Source: an uncultured virus (IMG/VR IMGVR_UViG_3300010885_067605)
Taxonomy: Duplodnaviria; Heunggongvirae; Uroviricota; Caudoviricetes
Reading direction: 5' to 3' (one strand)
DNA length: 64,000 bases
IMG/VR virus record: IMGVR_UViG_3300010885_067605
Shown here: piece by piece, positions 1 through 10,562 of the stretch
Layout: every line of letters begins with the position of its first letter
Numbering within the stretch: position 1 is the stretch's first letter
Made by a program: the position numbers and the translations under genes
Notes under the pieces: generated by a model
The model's input: only the letters and a program-made list of their open reading frames with translations
Database searches by the model: none
What the model was told of the DNA's origin: nothing

Positions 1-28
1 AAATAGTGGTTCTCGTGTCACATTTTTT

Positions 29-325
29 GTGAAGGAGAATTCTCCTTTAGCTTTAGACCATGATGGCCAACTCGGGATCCCATTCACTAATCTTATTGAA
101 AGAGCTGTTGGCTCCGTAGAATGGAGCAATGACGCATTATCGTTTAATCTGCCTCTAGTTAATGGAATGGTGCCATCAGGCGAAGACGACGCATTTCTTC
201 AGCTAGTGAGCCAAATCAAGGCAGGCAGACATGGAAGAGAGATGCAGTTAGCGTTGAATTCGTTAGAGAACCCGGGTAGTGTTGAAGGCCAACGACCTGG
301 TGATGATGAATACTGGCTATCATAA
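29..325 (+). CDS. hypothetical protein (may begin upstream of the window)
   Basis: 98 aa ORF, no recognisable motif. Confidence 0.5.
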   Translation: MKENSPLALDHDGQLGIPFTNLIERAVGSVEWSNDALSFNLPLVNGMVPSGEDDAFLQLVSQIKAGRHGREMQLALNSLENPGSVEGQRPGDDEYWLS

Positions 326-342
326 TCTTTAAAAGGATAGGA

Positions 343-573
343 ATGCCAGTAGATCCATACTACATTTCTGAGCTTATAACGGAAGATCCTAATATCCCAG
401 CGGACTTGTCTAGCCGTTCTACACCCACGGTTCAAATCAGGCATGTCTTGTATCGCTTAGAGGCACACCACGGATATCCAGCTCAATTCGTGAGGAACAT
501 GGGAGAGGGGATCTACCTCTATAGCCTGGGCGGCATATATTACAAGATTCGTGGCGATGGGACTATATTGTGA
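343..573 (+). CDS. hypothetical protein with LITE leader
   Basis: AGGA RBS, 76 aa, N-terminus MPVDPYYISELITEDP. Confidence 0.6.
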   Translation: MPVDPYYISELITEDPNIPADLSSRSTPTVQIRHVLYRLEAHHGYPAQFVRNMGEGIYLYSLGGIYYKIRGDGTIL

Positions 574-600
574 TATCGGTGGGAATAGAGCATAAAGTTA

Positions 601-1452
601 TTATTCGTCCATAGGTGTGACACTATATTTAGTGTCTAATTCATATAACTTTAGTTTGATCTTTGGTTTATATCCTTCTGGTAATCTATTCTCTACACCA
701 AGTAATTTGGTATTTTCATCTATAACAAAAATGAATTCGAGCTTAGTCAGATTGAGACATATTTGTGATGAAGTCCAGACTTTGTAATTGGTACGGTACG
801 GCTCTAAGTAACCAGGCAGATGGTGATGTTGACGCAAATGTACTAACAGATCTTCAGCATTACTAGATGACCGAGCTTCACGGTTGGCATAAAAAGCTCG
901 AGATATAGAGGATTCTCGGTCCTTACCACTCTGATATCCTTGGTCTGGATAATGAATACCATGATTAGTTCTAACCACCACGTCGCTTTTATCTAGATGT
1001 ACGATATTGGGTTTACCTAATCTGACTTTTTCGATACTAACGAATCCACCTTTATGAGCTACTATGGTATGACCACCCAATCCCCTTTTATATAGATCCA
1101 GTGATTCGATAATATCATCTAAATTCTTCATGCTCAAAGCATGTCTTATTTTATGCCCATCACCACTTAATTTTTTGTGTTTTCTGGTAAGCTTGATAGC
1201 TTTCTCATCTTCCTTACCCTGTAATGTGGTATTGACTATTCCAATACCGTGCTGATTCATTCCTTCCGAATAATCCGTATCAATGTCATACATGTATAAT
1301 ATTTCTGTTCCGTCTACTAGTTCTCTGACTATTTTTATCTGTGGATTATATGTTCTATCGCGATTCTTCGCGAGCAGGATATCTCCTTTGATCCGTATAC
1401 CAACAGCAGTGCATTCAGTTAGGACAGGTCGATTGATATCATTTATTCTCAT
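601..1452 (-). CDS. Ntn-hydrolase, peptidase C45/choloylglycine hydrolase-like
   Basis: CTAVG...LLAKNRDR, SEGMNQHGIGIVN, VRTNH motifs; Cys nucleophile at residue 14. Confidence 0.8.
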   Translation of the reverse strand: MRINDINRPVLTECTAVGIRIKGDILLAKNRDRTYNPQIKIVRELVDGTEILYMYDIDTDYSEGMNQHGIGIVNTTLQGKEDEKAIKLTRKHKKLSGDGHKIRHALSMKNLDDIIESLDLYKRGLGGHTIVAHKGGFVSIEKVRLGKPNIVHLDKSDVVVRTNHGIHYPDQGYQSGKDRESSISRAFYANREARSSSNAEDLLVHLRQHHHLPGYLEPYRTNYKVWTSSQICLNLTKLEFIFVIDENTKLLGVENRLPEGYKPKIKLKLYELDTKYSVTPMDE

Positions 1453-1497
1453 ATTCTTATTTTTACCTAAAAATCACCATAACTCAATGGTCAATAG

Positions 1498-1824
1498 ATG
1501 TATTTTAATCACATGCATCCAGTAATATACGATGAAATATTTAACATTGAACACAAAGTAAGTGAAGTAGCATTGGACTTCATACGAGATGAATTAGACA
1601 AATATCAAATAGATATAGCACATATCATAGACTATGATCACACTATAGTCATCAAATTCAGCAAAAACCTAGATGGGCTGCCGATCGTTTATGGTGAGAT
1701 CAGAATAGACCGCATTTATAAGTGTTTTACTATTACAGGTTATTGCCAAGGATTTTTATTACCAGCTATCGGTGATTGGAACGATATCGAGCAATACCTA
1801 TACCATTTGGTTAATCCGCAATGA
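1498..1824 (+). CDS. hypothetical protein
   Basis: 108 aa ORF filling the gap. Confidence 0.5.
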   Translation: MYFNHMHPVIYDEIFNIEHKVSEVALDFIRDELDKYQIDIAHIIDYDHTIVIKFSKNLDGLPIVYGEIRIDRIYKCFTITGYCQGFLLPAIGDWNDIEQYLYHLVNPQ

Positions 1825-1865
1825 ATATATTGATGTATACGGTTCGCTGATAGTAATTATAATAA

Positions 1866-2363
1866 ATGGAGGTTAATATGAGCGAACTAATTAAAATCGG
1901 TGATACATATGACGAGAAGCCATCCGTATTTGAACTGGAGATTTACAGTCATGTTCCTTTTGTGGATCCCGCCAAATACGGCCTTAACTCAGCTGAATTC
2001 ATACAGAGGCGCATCGACCCAGCTAAATATTTTGTAACAAGTGGTGATGCAGTAGAAAAGGCTAAGGTTCTAGAAAGGGACATGTGGAATCTGGCTGGTG
2101 ATTTAAGGAAATTATCATACCAGTTGCTAGAAAAAGAACACAACTGTAGCGCAGCTGAATCTCAGAATATGTTTAGAAATGGCACCAGACCTACTAAGCC
2201 CAAGCAGTTCAGTAATTACGAGATGGATATATGGAAGGCAGCGGGATCAACACGCAAATTATTAAATGCCCTAATAGCTGCTAGGGGTGAGGACTGTTTT
2301 TTAGAGACTGAGTGGGAGAACCATAGATTATTGTGCATACCCAAGAACCCAAGGAACAGATGA
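1866..2363 (+). CDS. hypothetical protein
   Basis: GGAGG before internal ATG 1878; stop overlaps tmk start (ATGA). Confidence 0.7.
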   Translation: MEVNMSELIKIGDTYDEKPSVFELEIYSHVPFVDPAKYGLNSAEFIQRRIDPAKYFVTSGDAVEKAKVLERDMWNLAGDLRKLSYQLLEKEHNCSAAESQNMFRNGTRPTKPKQFSNYEMDIWKAAGSTRKLLNALIAARGEDCFLETEWENHRLLCIPKNPRNR

Positions 2364-3040
2364 TGAACGGATTATACATAGTTTTTGAAGGTAATGAGGG
2401 CACTGGTAAGACATCGGCCATGCTAAAAGTAGCTGAGCATTTTAAGGTAGACTTAAATCCAATAGTTACACACCATCCTGGTAGCACTCCTCTTGGTGCA
2501 CATTTACGTCAATTAGTTAAATATCCTCATACTATTAACCCTGATATTGTAATTGATCCTTTCTCGAGACAATGCTTGTATATGGCAGATGCTATTAATT
2601 TCGTTGAGTCTATACTCAAACCTGCTCTGTCCCGTAATCAAACTGTATTTGCTGATAGAAGTACATTCATCAGTGGGATGATATATGGCACTGCTGATAA
2701 TGTCGACCCACAAGAAATATATAAGTTGTTACAGTTGATAGACCCACCACGAGCAGACAGATTGTATATCTTTCAGTGCCCGTGGGAAGTTTCTAGGCAG
2801 AGGATAGCAGCATCTAGAAAAGGAGATTCAGACCATTACGATAATCAATCAGAAAGCTTTTTCCAAAGGGTAGATGAAAAATATTCGAAATTGTTAACTG
2901 GATCTGCCGAACAGTTAATGATGGTTAGTCGAGTTGCATCGCTCGATAATGTTGTTTATATTGATGCATCTAGAACACAACAACAGGTAGTTGATCAGGT
3001 CATCAGTGACATAGACAAATATATTGACAGCATATCATGA
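2360..3040 (+). CDS. tmk: thymidylate kinase
   Basis: YIVFEGNEGTGKTS P-loop, VFADR motif, YIDAS C-terminal motif. Confidence 0.9.
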   Translation: MMNGLYIVFEGNEGTGKTSAMLKVAEHFKVDLNPIVTHHPGSTPLGAHLRQLVKYPHTINPDIVIDPFSRQCLYMADAINFVESILKPALSRNQTVFADRSTFISGMIYGTADNVDPQEIYKLLQLIDPPRADRLYIFQCPWEVSRQRIAASRKGDSDHYDNQSESFFQRVDEKYSKLLTGSAEQLMMVSRVASLDNVVYIDASRTQQQVVDQVISDIDKYIDSIS

Positions 3041-3334
3041 TTTGGTGATGAATCTGATGATTTGTTGTAACCAGCTAGACGTATTCAATCTAGCAACTGG
3101 CTGGTGCTGATGTAGCCTGCGTTTCATTGCCAGCATCCGCTTGTTAGCCAAGACTTGATCTAGCTGGATTTCGGTAGCTTCGATGACCTGTAATCCTTTT
3201 TGTCTCAGCATCAAAGATAGCTGGATAAAAGTGGGCGCTCGTGCCGTTCCACTTAATATCTGCAATCGAGAGTCGATCGCTCGGTATTCCCAATGTTTCA
3301 TAGGAGCATATAGTGTCTGATAAAGATCCCGCAT
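3035..3334 (-). CDS. hypothetical protein
   Basis: 99 aa ORF between tmk and dut. Confidence 0.45.
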   Translation of the reverse strand: MRDLYQTLYAPMKHWEYRAIDSRLQILSGTARAPTFIQLSLMLRQKGLQVIEATEIQLDQVLANKRMLAMKRRLHQHQPVARLNTSSWLQQIIRFITKS

Positions 3335-3927
3335 TATCTACTGGGTGCAAGGTGGAGACCACACTCCCGAATGTTTGCGAACCACCGGTAGCAGGACCGA
3401 TGGCGAGAAGATGGCTACATAGCTACGATATGCCGTGGTTGTGGCACGAGGGGGGATCCGGTGAATGGGGAACATGTGTCAGACTCGAAGTTCAACTGTT
3501 GGATAAAGACCCAGACACGGGGTTAACTCTATATCCTAAGTTGCCTTTTCGCAGTCGCGATACTGATGCTGGTTATGACCTATATGCAGCTGAGAATGCA
3601 TGCATCCAGCCGGGAAGATCTAAAATGATCAGGACCGGTATCATTATAGCAGCACCTCCCGGATTTTATTATACAATTGAAGGTAGATCAAGCCTGTGGA
3701 TGAAGGGAGTCCATCCCCACCGTGGTATTATAGATGCTACCTATTGTGGGCAGGTGGTCGTTTCCTTGGTTAATGTATCCGGAGAGGAATTCCACATACA
3801 ACGCCACGATCGCATAGCACAGATCGTCCTACATAAACAATATCATGCTCATTTTTTGTGCGTTGAAGAGTTTTCGCCACAATATAACCAACGTGGCACC
3901 AACGGCTTTGGTTCAACAGGGAAGTGA
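3313..3927 (+). CDS. dut: dUTPase (true start probably further downstream)
   Basis: AGYDL, GRSS, GIIDATYCG, RIAQ, RGTNGFGSTG motifs I-V. Confidence 0.95.
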   Translation: MSDKDPALSTGCKVETTLPNVCEPPVAGPMARRWLHSYDMPWLWHEGGSGEWGTCVRLEVQLLDKDPDTGLTLYPKLPFRSRDTDAGYDLYAAENACIQPGRSKMIRTGIIIAAPPGFYYTIEGRSSLWMKGVHPHRGIIDATYCGQVVVSLVNVSGEEFHIQRHDRIAQIVLHKQYHAHFLCVEEFSPQYNQRGTNGFGSTGK

Positions 3928-3946
3928 TGTCCATGAAAGGAACTTT

Positions 3947-4240
3947 ATGGAGACGTACGTTGTTGCTTACGCTAAGATTACGACCAGCAAGGATGGTATC
4001 AATTTACAGGGGGTCTACTTTGGTGGGTTAGGTGATTCAATAGAAGAAGCTAATCAGGTAGCCAGAGACTGCGTAAATAGGATCAAAGGCGGAACTATAC
4101 TATCAAAGGTTATAGCGGTAGACGGTAATAATAAACTATTAGATGTATTGATGGATGCTTCAGATAAGTTCGAAACTATAACCTTACAAATGCAAGAAGC
4201 TGAAGCCATTATTAATAGAACCCAACGCAAATTGGTATAA
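3947..4240 (+). CDS. hypothetical protein
   Basis: AAGGA RBS before ATG 3947. Confidence 0.65.
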   Translation: METYVVAYAKITTSKDGINLQGVYFGGLGDSIEEANQVARDCVNRIKGGTILSKVIAVDGNNKLLDVLMDASDKFETITLQMQEAEAIINRTQRKLV

Positions 4241-4260
4241 AAACCCTGAGAGAAATCGAT

Positions 4261-4719
4261 ATGTGTGGCCAAACCAGAGATACTAAGACCGATCCGAATC
4301 GAAAGGCTCCTGATCTAGGATATTTAAAGAATATAGCACGAAATACTCATGTGTATATAGCTTCTCCCTATACCAAAGGAGATACAGCTATCAATGTTAG
4401 ATTCCAGCTACGCATATGGGACGAACTATTTTCTTTAGGATTTACTCCAATCGCACCACTGTGGACTCATTTTCAACATCTATGCTATCCTCGTGCTTAT
4501 TCCGATTGGACATTATATGATAATGAGATAATTAAGCGGTGTGATGTGTGTCTTCGATTAGATGTCGAGGAATCACAGTACAAACAGAGTGAATCGAGTG
4601 GTGCTGATGCAGAAGTTGAACTATTTTTATCAATGGGGAAACCCGTGTTTACGTCGATAGGAGATCTAATAGATTGGTTGTGGTTGGCACAGTTTGGCGA
4701 AAACGAGGGCCTGAAGTAG
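4261..4719 (+). CDS. DUF1937/DUF4406 nucleoside 2-deoxyribosyltransferase-like protein
   Basis: VYIASPYT, IIKRCD, SSGADAEVE, GKPVF motifs. Confidence 0.75.
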   Translation: MCGQTRDTKTDPNRKAPDLGYLKNIARNTHVYIASPYTKGDTAINVRFQLRIWDELFSLGFTPIAPLWTHFQHLCYPRAYSDWTLYDNEIIKRCDVCLRLDVEESQYKQSESSGADAEVELFLSMGKPVFTSIGDLIDWLWLAQFGENEGLK

Positions 4720-4725
4720 ATTAAT

Positions 4726-5034
4726 ATGAAATGGTACCAAAAAGAATTACATATCAAGGATCATCCATCAGAGTGTATCTTGACACTAATGGGTGTATAT
4801 AACCACCCAGATAGTAATATACCCACTACTATCCAGATAATATTGAATATAAATAATATGACTACTGGTGATAATAAAAATATAGTATTATATAGTAAGA
4901 ATCCATCCGTGCTCATCGCACCGGATGATTTTGTAGATCCAGACATGATATTAGCTAAATATCATCGAAATATCCAAAAATGTATCACAAAAGTCGAGAA
5001 GCAAACTCTGAATGATATCTTGTCCTGGACATGA
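4726..5034 (+). CDS. hypothetical protein
   Basis: 102 aa ORF in operon. Confidence 0.55.
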   Translation: MKWYQKELHIKDHPSECILTLMGVYNHPDSNIPTTIQIILNINNMTTGDNKNIVLYSKNPSVLIAPDDFVDPDMILAKYHRNIQKCITKVEKQTLNDILSWT

Positions 5035-5082
5035 TCTAAGAGCTATTTCCTTTAACTTTCCTGGGCTTATAACGACCAGGTC

Positions 5083-5856
5083 TTATACATTGACCATATC
5101 TGTAGGTACGACTGCGGAGAGTTTAGCGGTGTGATTTTGCAAGTCAGTAGTTAGACGTTCCATTATAATCCCTAATATTTTATTGGTATTGATTTCGGAT
5201 TCACTCATACGGATGATCGACTGCTGCACAGGTGATTCTGGTCCGACAAAAGAGAATATATGTAGACTATATTTATCACCGTCTAACAGGCAAACATGGT
5301 ATAATGCAATATTAGGTATTTCTATTCTAATCGACTGCTTGTAAAAATTATTAAAACCACTATTATCCATATGTTCTGACCCAAATCTAATAGATATATT
5401 GGGAGTTACTGCAGCTATTAGAACTGGCAGTTGGTTAATTATGTTATTACGAATCTGTAGCAGTATGGTCTTACGTTGAGTGGCAATATCGATATTTTTC
5501 TTATACTTGATAGTACCTAACGATGCTGTATTGGCTTTGTATAACCTCAGTGTATATCGATCGGTCTGCCCATAATACAATGGTAATGGTATAGTAGTAT
5601 CACTAATATAGCCACGAGCTATTATAGCTTCTCGGTTGCTCAATTCCCACACCATATCGCATGATTCATTATGGCTAGTCACTATTAATTTAGTGGCTAA
5701 ACCACCGTTAGCCCCAACGGGCATTTTATAAGCAGACTGGGTATTACTGATGCAGTTGAGCTGCCTGAATATTTTTATATGTAAACCGTTCTTGGTCTGC
5801 TCAGTTATATCAAATTCGGCATTTAAGAAATCGAACTTAGCTACTAGTTTGGTCAT
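5083..5856 (-). CDS. hypothetical protein
   Basis: 257 aa; ATGA-coupled to the upstream 839 aa gene. Confidence 0.65.
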   Translation of the reverse strand: MTKLVAKFDFLNAEFDITEQTKNGLHIKIFRQLNCISNTQSAYKMPVGANGGLATKLIVTSHNESCDMVWELSNREAIIARGYISDTTIPLPLYYGQTDRYTLRLYKANTASLGTIKYKKNIDIATQRKTILLQIRNNIINQLPVLIAAVTPNISIRFGSEHMDNSGFNNFYKQSIRIEIPNIALYHVCLLDGDKYSLHIFSFVGPESPVQQSIIRMSESEINTNKILGIIMERLTTDLQNHTAKLSAVVPTDMVNV

Positions 5857-8372
5857 GAAATCTGTAATTGGCCATAAGTGAATTCACTAAATACTGTTAA
5901 TTGTGATCTGATATCTATCCTTCTGACTTTGGAGCCGGGCCACATCCTTAGACCGGTCTTTCCATATTGATTCTGTGGATCGACCATGATCGGATAATAA
6001 GGCGTGTTGACATTAACGGGAGTTGGTAGATTTGAGCTAAGGGCGGAGCTTGGCGGTATAAGCAATTGGTTCCACCATATCCATATTTGGTCATCTCTAA
6101 CCATGATTTCTAATCTGTTCCAATACTCACTTTGTAATCCACCTAATACAGCGCCACCATCATACACCACGAATCCATTGGGGGTGGCTGCAGGTTGTGC
6201 GCCAACGCCATTAAATGTAGATGCTTGGGAATATACTGCACTGACAGCATAACCAGGCTCTAAGCCTCTAACGTAATCATCCATATCGTCACTCGAGTCC
6301 TCTTCATAGGCTCGACTCATATCCAATTTACCTACTTTGAATTGTAATTGGACTAGATTGGTGCTTGGATTAGTAGACATCTCGATTCTAATGACTGGCG
6401 AATCATAATCTTGGTGTAACAATTCGACTATGTCGCCAGCCGCACCGGGAAATTCCGTATCTGAATCACCCGCCAACACAATGCTATCGCAATTGATCAT
6501 AGTATTGGTATCAGTTCCTGGTCCTGTCCCCGTCCCTGCTTCTGTACCTGACCCTGCCATTGTTTGATCTAATGAAGAAGGGAACATGAATTTTTTGGTA
6601 TAATTGAATATTAGGTTATTAGTAGCTCCTTGTGTACTACTATAATTTTCCGATATAACCCTGATCGCACCAGTAGGTGGCAGGTCATGGAAGTGAACCC
6701 CACATACTCGGACGAAGTTAATGCCGTTTATCGTTCCCGCTCCGATCACTCGCATATATTTTTCAGAGTGTTCATCTATCTTGGCACGTAAAACTACGTC
6801 AATCGGGATGAACTCATTCGTTGATGGTCTTCCTATGTCGACTCTAGTAATTGAATTACCAAAATTGCGTCTATTCCATAGCCACACTGGCCGCTCACTA
6901 AAATTATCTAATGTATTAGGTGAAGCTTCGACTATCAAGCCAGGCAAATCAGTATCTATTTTGGCACGGTGCTGTTTGTTCAGAGCTACCTCAGTACCTT
7001 GAGATACTATCAAATCATACCAGTATAGTGGGTCATCATATCCAGTTAGACCCCATATGTTCCTTTCAAAGTCACGTGCTGACGATACTGTTATAGAGGA
7101 CACTTTGTCTTCACTACCATCACTAGGGTTTATTTCTTCTCTAGCGTTAATGCTATCACCAAATTGCACATTGCCGGCCCATACCCACATATTGTTGGGA
7201 TTTAGTACAGGTTTAAGGCTGAAATACCTTCTATAGATAGGCTCGCCTGAGACCTCCCCTACTTTAAACTGCCACAAGTCGATTAATGTGCCTATTGGCA
7301 ATAAATCGATAGTGCTGTCTAAAGTTAGTTTTTGTGCATTATTACCAGAGACTGGGTTTTCTGGGTTGGTGTATTTCCACACATTGGTGGCTGAAAAACT
7401 GCTTCCTATGGCCTTACGCGTATCGACGTTCCACTCACGAACGATATATTGATTAGTGCTTAGTATAGTAGACGAATAATCTGTTATCACACCCATCTTC
7501 TTGGTTATCAAATGGCCCTTGTATAGGATAGAACCTAATAGACCTGGGTTGGACTCTGAATTAAGATCGAATCTGATCTGACCACCATCATTATCCTTGC
7601 CCATAAACCATACCATTTCGGGCACACCCATGGCACCCGGCGTCATAGCCCAGCCTACCTCAGTGACAGTTGAATTATTGCTGTCACGTTTGAGTATCAT
7701 TTCACTCTCGGCCGCTCCTGGGACGATAGTGTCATCATACCTTTTGAAGATAAACGAAGGGTATTGGTCTTTATTGTTGATCACCTGCGTTGGGTCATTA
7801 GGATCCACGATTGCCGATTCAGGGAACAGATATATCTTCATTTCACCGTAGACATTAGTACCTGGCAACCTACCTCCGCATACTGGCGGTCTTACTGCTA
7901 ATATATCAGTCTCATCTTGTACCCAATATATCTGAGCACATTCCTCACAAGCACAATTCAGGGGGATCGGGCTGTCTACTGTAAATCTAACTACGTTACC
8001 TATTCTCTCTATGCTTATGAATTCTGTACCCGCAGCAAGAATGATGTCTCCTTGCATCCAACCACCGTCATCCGGGAAGCCCGCTCCCTGAAAGCCCAAA
8101 ACGCCTACTCTCGTCTGTAATATAGCATCTAGTTTGCATTTATCATCTGGGTCCATTAGTCCAGGTGAATCACAAGTAGCAGATGGTATTTTATCTTCAG
8201 CTATGTGGCTCGGACCGTGGCGGCTTGGAAACAATACCTGTGATTCTTTGAAGTATAATGCCCTCTGTTGGGCGTCATATTGATAACCAGTGGTTATCCC
8301 GTTGGGGCCGCTGACTTGGATAAACTGCTCATCTGCCAAAGATGAGGAGAGTGGTATTTTGTTGATGGCCAT
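5853..8372 (-). CDS. large virion structural (tail/baseplate-type) protein
   Basis: 839 aa, AGGAG RBS, H-G-x-x-H..D-x-I-P-x-A-T..GLM..DK.KLD tail-fibre-type N-terminus, beta-rich and acidic. Confidence 0.6.
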   Translation of the reverse strand: MAINKIPLSSSLADEQFIQVSGPNGITTGYQYDAQQRALYFKESQVLFPSRHGPSHIAEDKIPSATCDSPGLMDPDDKCKLDAILQTRVGVLGFQGAGFPDDGGWMQGDIILAAGTEFISIERIGNVVRFTVDSPIPLNCACEECAQIYWVQDETDILAVRPPVCGGRLPGTNVYGEMKIYLFPESAIVDPNDPTQVINNKDQYPSFIFKRYDDTIVPGAAESEMILKRDSNNSTVTEVGWAMTPGAMGVPEMVWFMGKDNDGGQIRFDLNSESNPGLLGSILYKGHLITKKMGVITDYSSTILSTNQYIVREWNVDTRKAIGSSFSATNVWKYTNPENPVSGNNAQKLTLDSTIDLLPIGTLIDLWQFKVGEVSGEPIYRRYFSLKPVLNPNNMWVWAGNVQFGDSINAREEINPSDGSEDKVSSITVSSARDFERNIWGLTGYDDPLYWYDLIVSQGTEVALNKQHRAKIDTDLPGLIVEASPNTLDNFSERPVWLWNRRNFGNSITRVDIGRPSTNEFIPIDVVLRAKIDEHSEKYMRVIGAGTINGINFVRVCGVHFHDLPPTGAIRVISENYSSTQGATNNLIFNYTKKFMFPSSLDQTMAGSGTEAGTGTGPGTDTNTMINCDSIVLAGDSDTEFPGAAGDIVELLHQDYDSPVIRIEMSTNPSTNLVQLQFKVGKLDMSRAYEEDSSDDMDDYVRGLEPGYAVSAVYSQASTFNGVGAQPAATPNGFVVYDGGAVLGGLQSEYWNRLEIMVRDDQIWIWWNQLLIPPSSALSSNLPTPVNVNTPYYPIMVDPQNQYGKTGLRMWPGSKVRRIDIRSQLTVFSEFTYGQLQIS

Positions 8373-8480
8373 GCGATACTCCTGTTCAACACTATTTACA
8401 ATAAATCGAGTACCAATATAACAATCGGTCTCATCGTCTTGGCTAACGTAGTATCTTTTACAGAGAATCAGTATAAATCA

Positions 8481-10199
8481 TTACCATATAAACAAATAAT
8501 CAGGGTTTTTATACTTTCTAGTTTTTATTTTGATTACCGATTCAGGCTTATATATTGATTGGTATTGCGGTTTTAAGTAGTAAGGTACGAATACCATCAT
8601 TCTTTTAGTATATCGTGTGTGATCAGCGATAACAGACATGTCTGGAGCTTGGAAATTATTATCATATATTAATAGATCGACCATATCCTGATTCCATGGG
8701 AGATAATTTAATCCACAAAAATCAGCTAAACCATTATCAATCGCTTGATTGAACGAATCAGTAGGATTGGTATAATAAGCTAACCCATTTATAGCCGCTG
8801 CAATAGCTCGATTACCAAAACCTGGCGTAATGTCTAGAATGGACCCTTTAATGCCTAGTTTTTTAAATATGATACAATATACTGAAGGATCGTACAACTT
8901 GAATCTTTTATGGCCATACAGGCCAGCCATGCCGTTAGAGAACACTCTTAATAAATTATGTGTATTGAACTTTATCATCTTGAAAGTTATTAATTCATTT
9001 AGTAGTTTAACCACACACCGTGGGCTCCTAAATATGCGAGCATAATCACTCAAATCAAAGAAGTGCTCGAGAATTTTCCTACCAGGAGGAGGCAAACAAC
9101 CATTGTTGGCGAATACTGAATATGTGTCATTCTTGACATATTTTGATTCCTTGTAATCCCGTAATTTTTGCATGTCTGATTGCAACACGTGCATAGGGTG
9201 TTTGGGCCAGATCCACCCTCTACGTGTTATTTGTCTGCAAAATTCATGCAAGGCTAATCTTTGTTCGATAAAGCTGGCGTTGGACAATTGGTTTCGATTG
9301 ACGATAATATGTGGCTGCTGAATTAATCCCTCAGAATCATATATCGTATCAAAACTGTCACTCTCATACTCAGGCAAAACCTTTGGAACATTATTGATTA
9401 CAGCATCATCTCTATTGATATAATAGCTAAACGCTGGCCTCCATTTGTCGAATTTGGCACCGTCAAGATAATACGTTTCCCAAAAATAATTGGTAAATCT
9501 CACATGTACGTGATCAGATCTTAGGTAGACTCTTCTAACTATGGGTTGTTGCTCTAGCTGGCTGCACAATCTTCTTACCCATAATCTAACATTCCGATGT
9601 GACTTTAGAGTTTCTTTTGCTGTTCTGACTGGTATGTTGAAATGATTTAACCAACTTACAAAAGCTTGTTGGCAGATACCTGCTTTCTTAGCACATTTGG
9701 CTTGACTCCACCCCAACTTAGTATAATGAAGATCACACCAGTGCCAAGTGTGATTCTTATTTTTAGATGGATTTATGGCAGACCACACTAATGAATATCG
9801 CTTGATACGATTTTTTATTACGTTTCTTGACACATGACAAGCTTTAGCGATAGCATTGATGGAGTAAATGTTTATGACTCGAGACAACCATGCAGCATTA
9901 TCCCAATCAGCAGGCACATCGATGGTATTGGTAAGCCTTATTACTTTGCTAACTGGGAGGTTAGCCGGCATAGGGCTACGTATCCCTGCGATTTTCTTGA
10001 GCTTCCTAATATATTGGGTAGATTTTTGAGCTATCTGTGCATGATCATTGGTGCTTAAATAGTCGTACTTTGTGAACCATGACTTTAATATGAATGGATC
10101 GGTGGTGTCTAAAGATTTGAATTCAGTTCTTAATATGATAATATCTAGATCTGTATTACTCGTCCTGATCGTATTCTTCTTCGTCGTATTCTTCTTCAT
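8481..10199 (-). CDS. multi-HTH protein with C-terminal DNA methyltransferase-like domain (start uncertain)
   Basis: HTH-like SINAIAKACHVSRNVIKNRI and WSQAKCAKKAGICQQAF; SAM-motif-like ILDITPGFGNRAIAA. Confidence 0.55.
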   Translation of the reverse strand: MKKNTTKKNTIRTSNTDLDIIILRTEFKSLDTTDPFILKSWFTKYDYLSTNDHAQIAQKSTQYIRKLKKIAGIRSPMPANLPVSKVIRLTNTIDVPADWDNAAWLSRVINIYSINAIAKACHVSRNVIKNRIKRYSLVWSAINPSKNKNHTWHWCDLHYTKLGWSQAKCAKKAGICQQAFVSWLNHFNIPVRTAKETLKSHRNVRLWVRRLCSQLEQQPIVRRVYLRSDHVHVRFTNYFWETYYLDGAKFDKWRPAFSYYINRDDAVINNVPKVLPEYESDSFDTIYDSEGLIQQPHIIVNRNQLSNASFIEQRLALHEFCRQITRRGWIWPKHPMHVLQSDMQKLRDYKESKYVKNDTYSVFANNGCLPPPGRKILEHFFDLSDYARIFRSPRCVVKLLNELITFKMIKFNTHNLLRVFSNGMAGLYGHKRFKLYDPSVYCIIFKKLGIKGSILDITPGFGNRAIAAAINGLAYYTNPTDSFNQAIDNGLADFCGLNYLPWNQDMVDLLIYDNNFQAPDMSVIADHTRYTKRMMVFVPYYLKPQYQSIYKPESVIKIKTRKYKNPDYLFIW

Positions 10200-10545
10200 G
10201 GTCGAATGGATTATACTGGCCTTCATGGTCGCCGGTAATGCATAGCACGTCAGGGTGGCTTTCATGCCATTTATGCATTAATCTCTCACCTGCTATCGAC
10301 GTTGCTCCCCATGCAATATTATTTGCGGGATGACGTAGTTGCATCAAGTCGATTAACTCAGAACCGTGGTCTTTTTTGTGGCTTTCTACCCACCAAATTT
10401 CATTAGTGTCCTCGTCGTCATTATGCCGATAATCTATGTACCCATGTTGAGTCCTTATTACCCACCCATCACCCTGGCTACGCTTAATAGTGTAGTCTGA
10501 CGCACCTTCAGTCATAAATGCATATGCATAGGTATATCTCTTCAT
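10156..10545 (-). CDS. GNAT-like acetyltransferase
   Basis: GYIDY..NEIWWVESHKKDHGSELID (degenerate acetyl-CoA motif A), TSIAGERL, acidic tail. Confidence 0.55.
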   Translation of the reverse strand: MKRYTYAYAFMTEGASDYTIKRSQGDGWVIRTQHGYIDYRHNDDEDTNEIWWVESHKKDHGSELIDLMQLRHPANNIAWGATSIAGERLMHKWHESHPDVLCITGDHEGQYNPFDHEEEYDEEEYDQDE

Positions 10546-10562
10546 ATCTCACACATCTGTCC

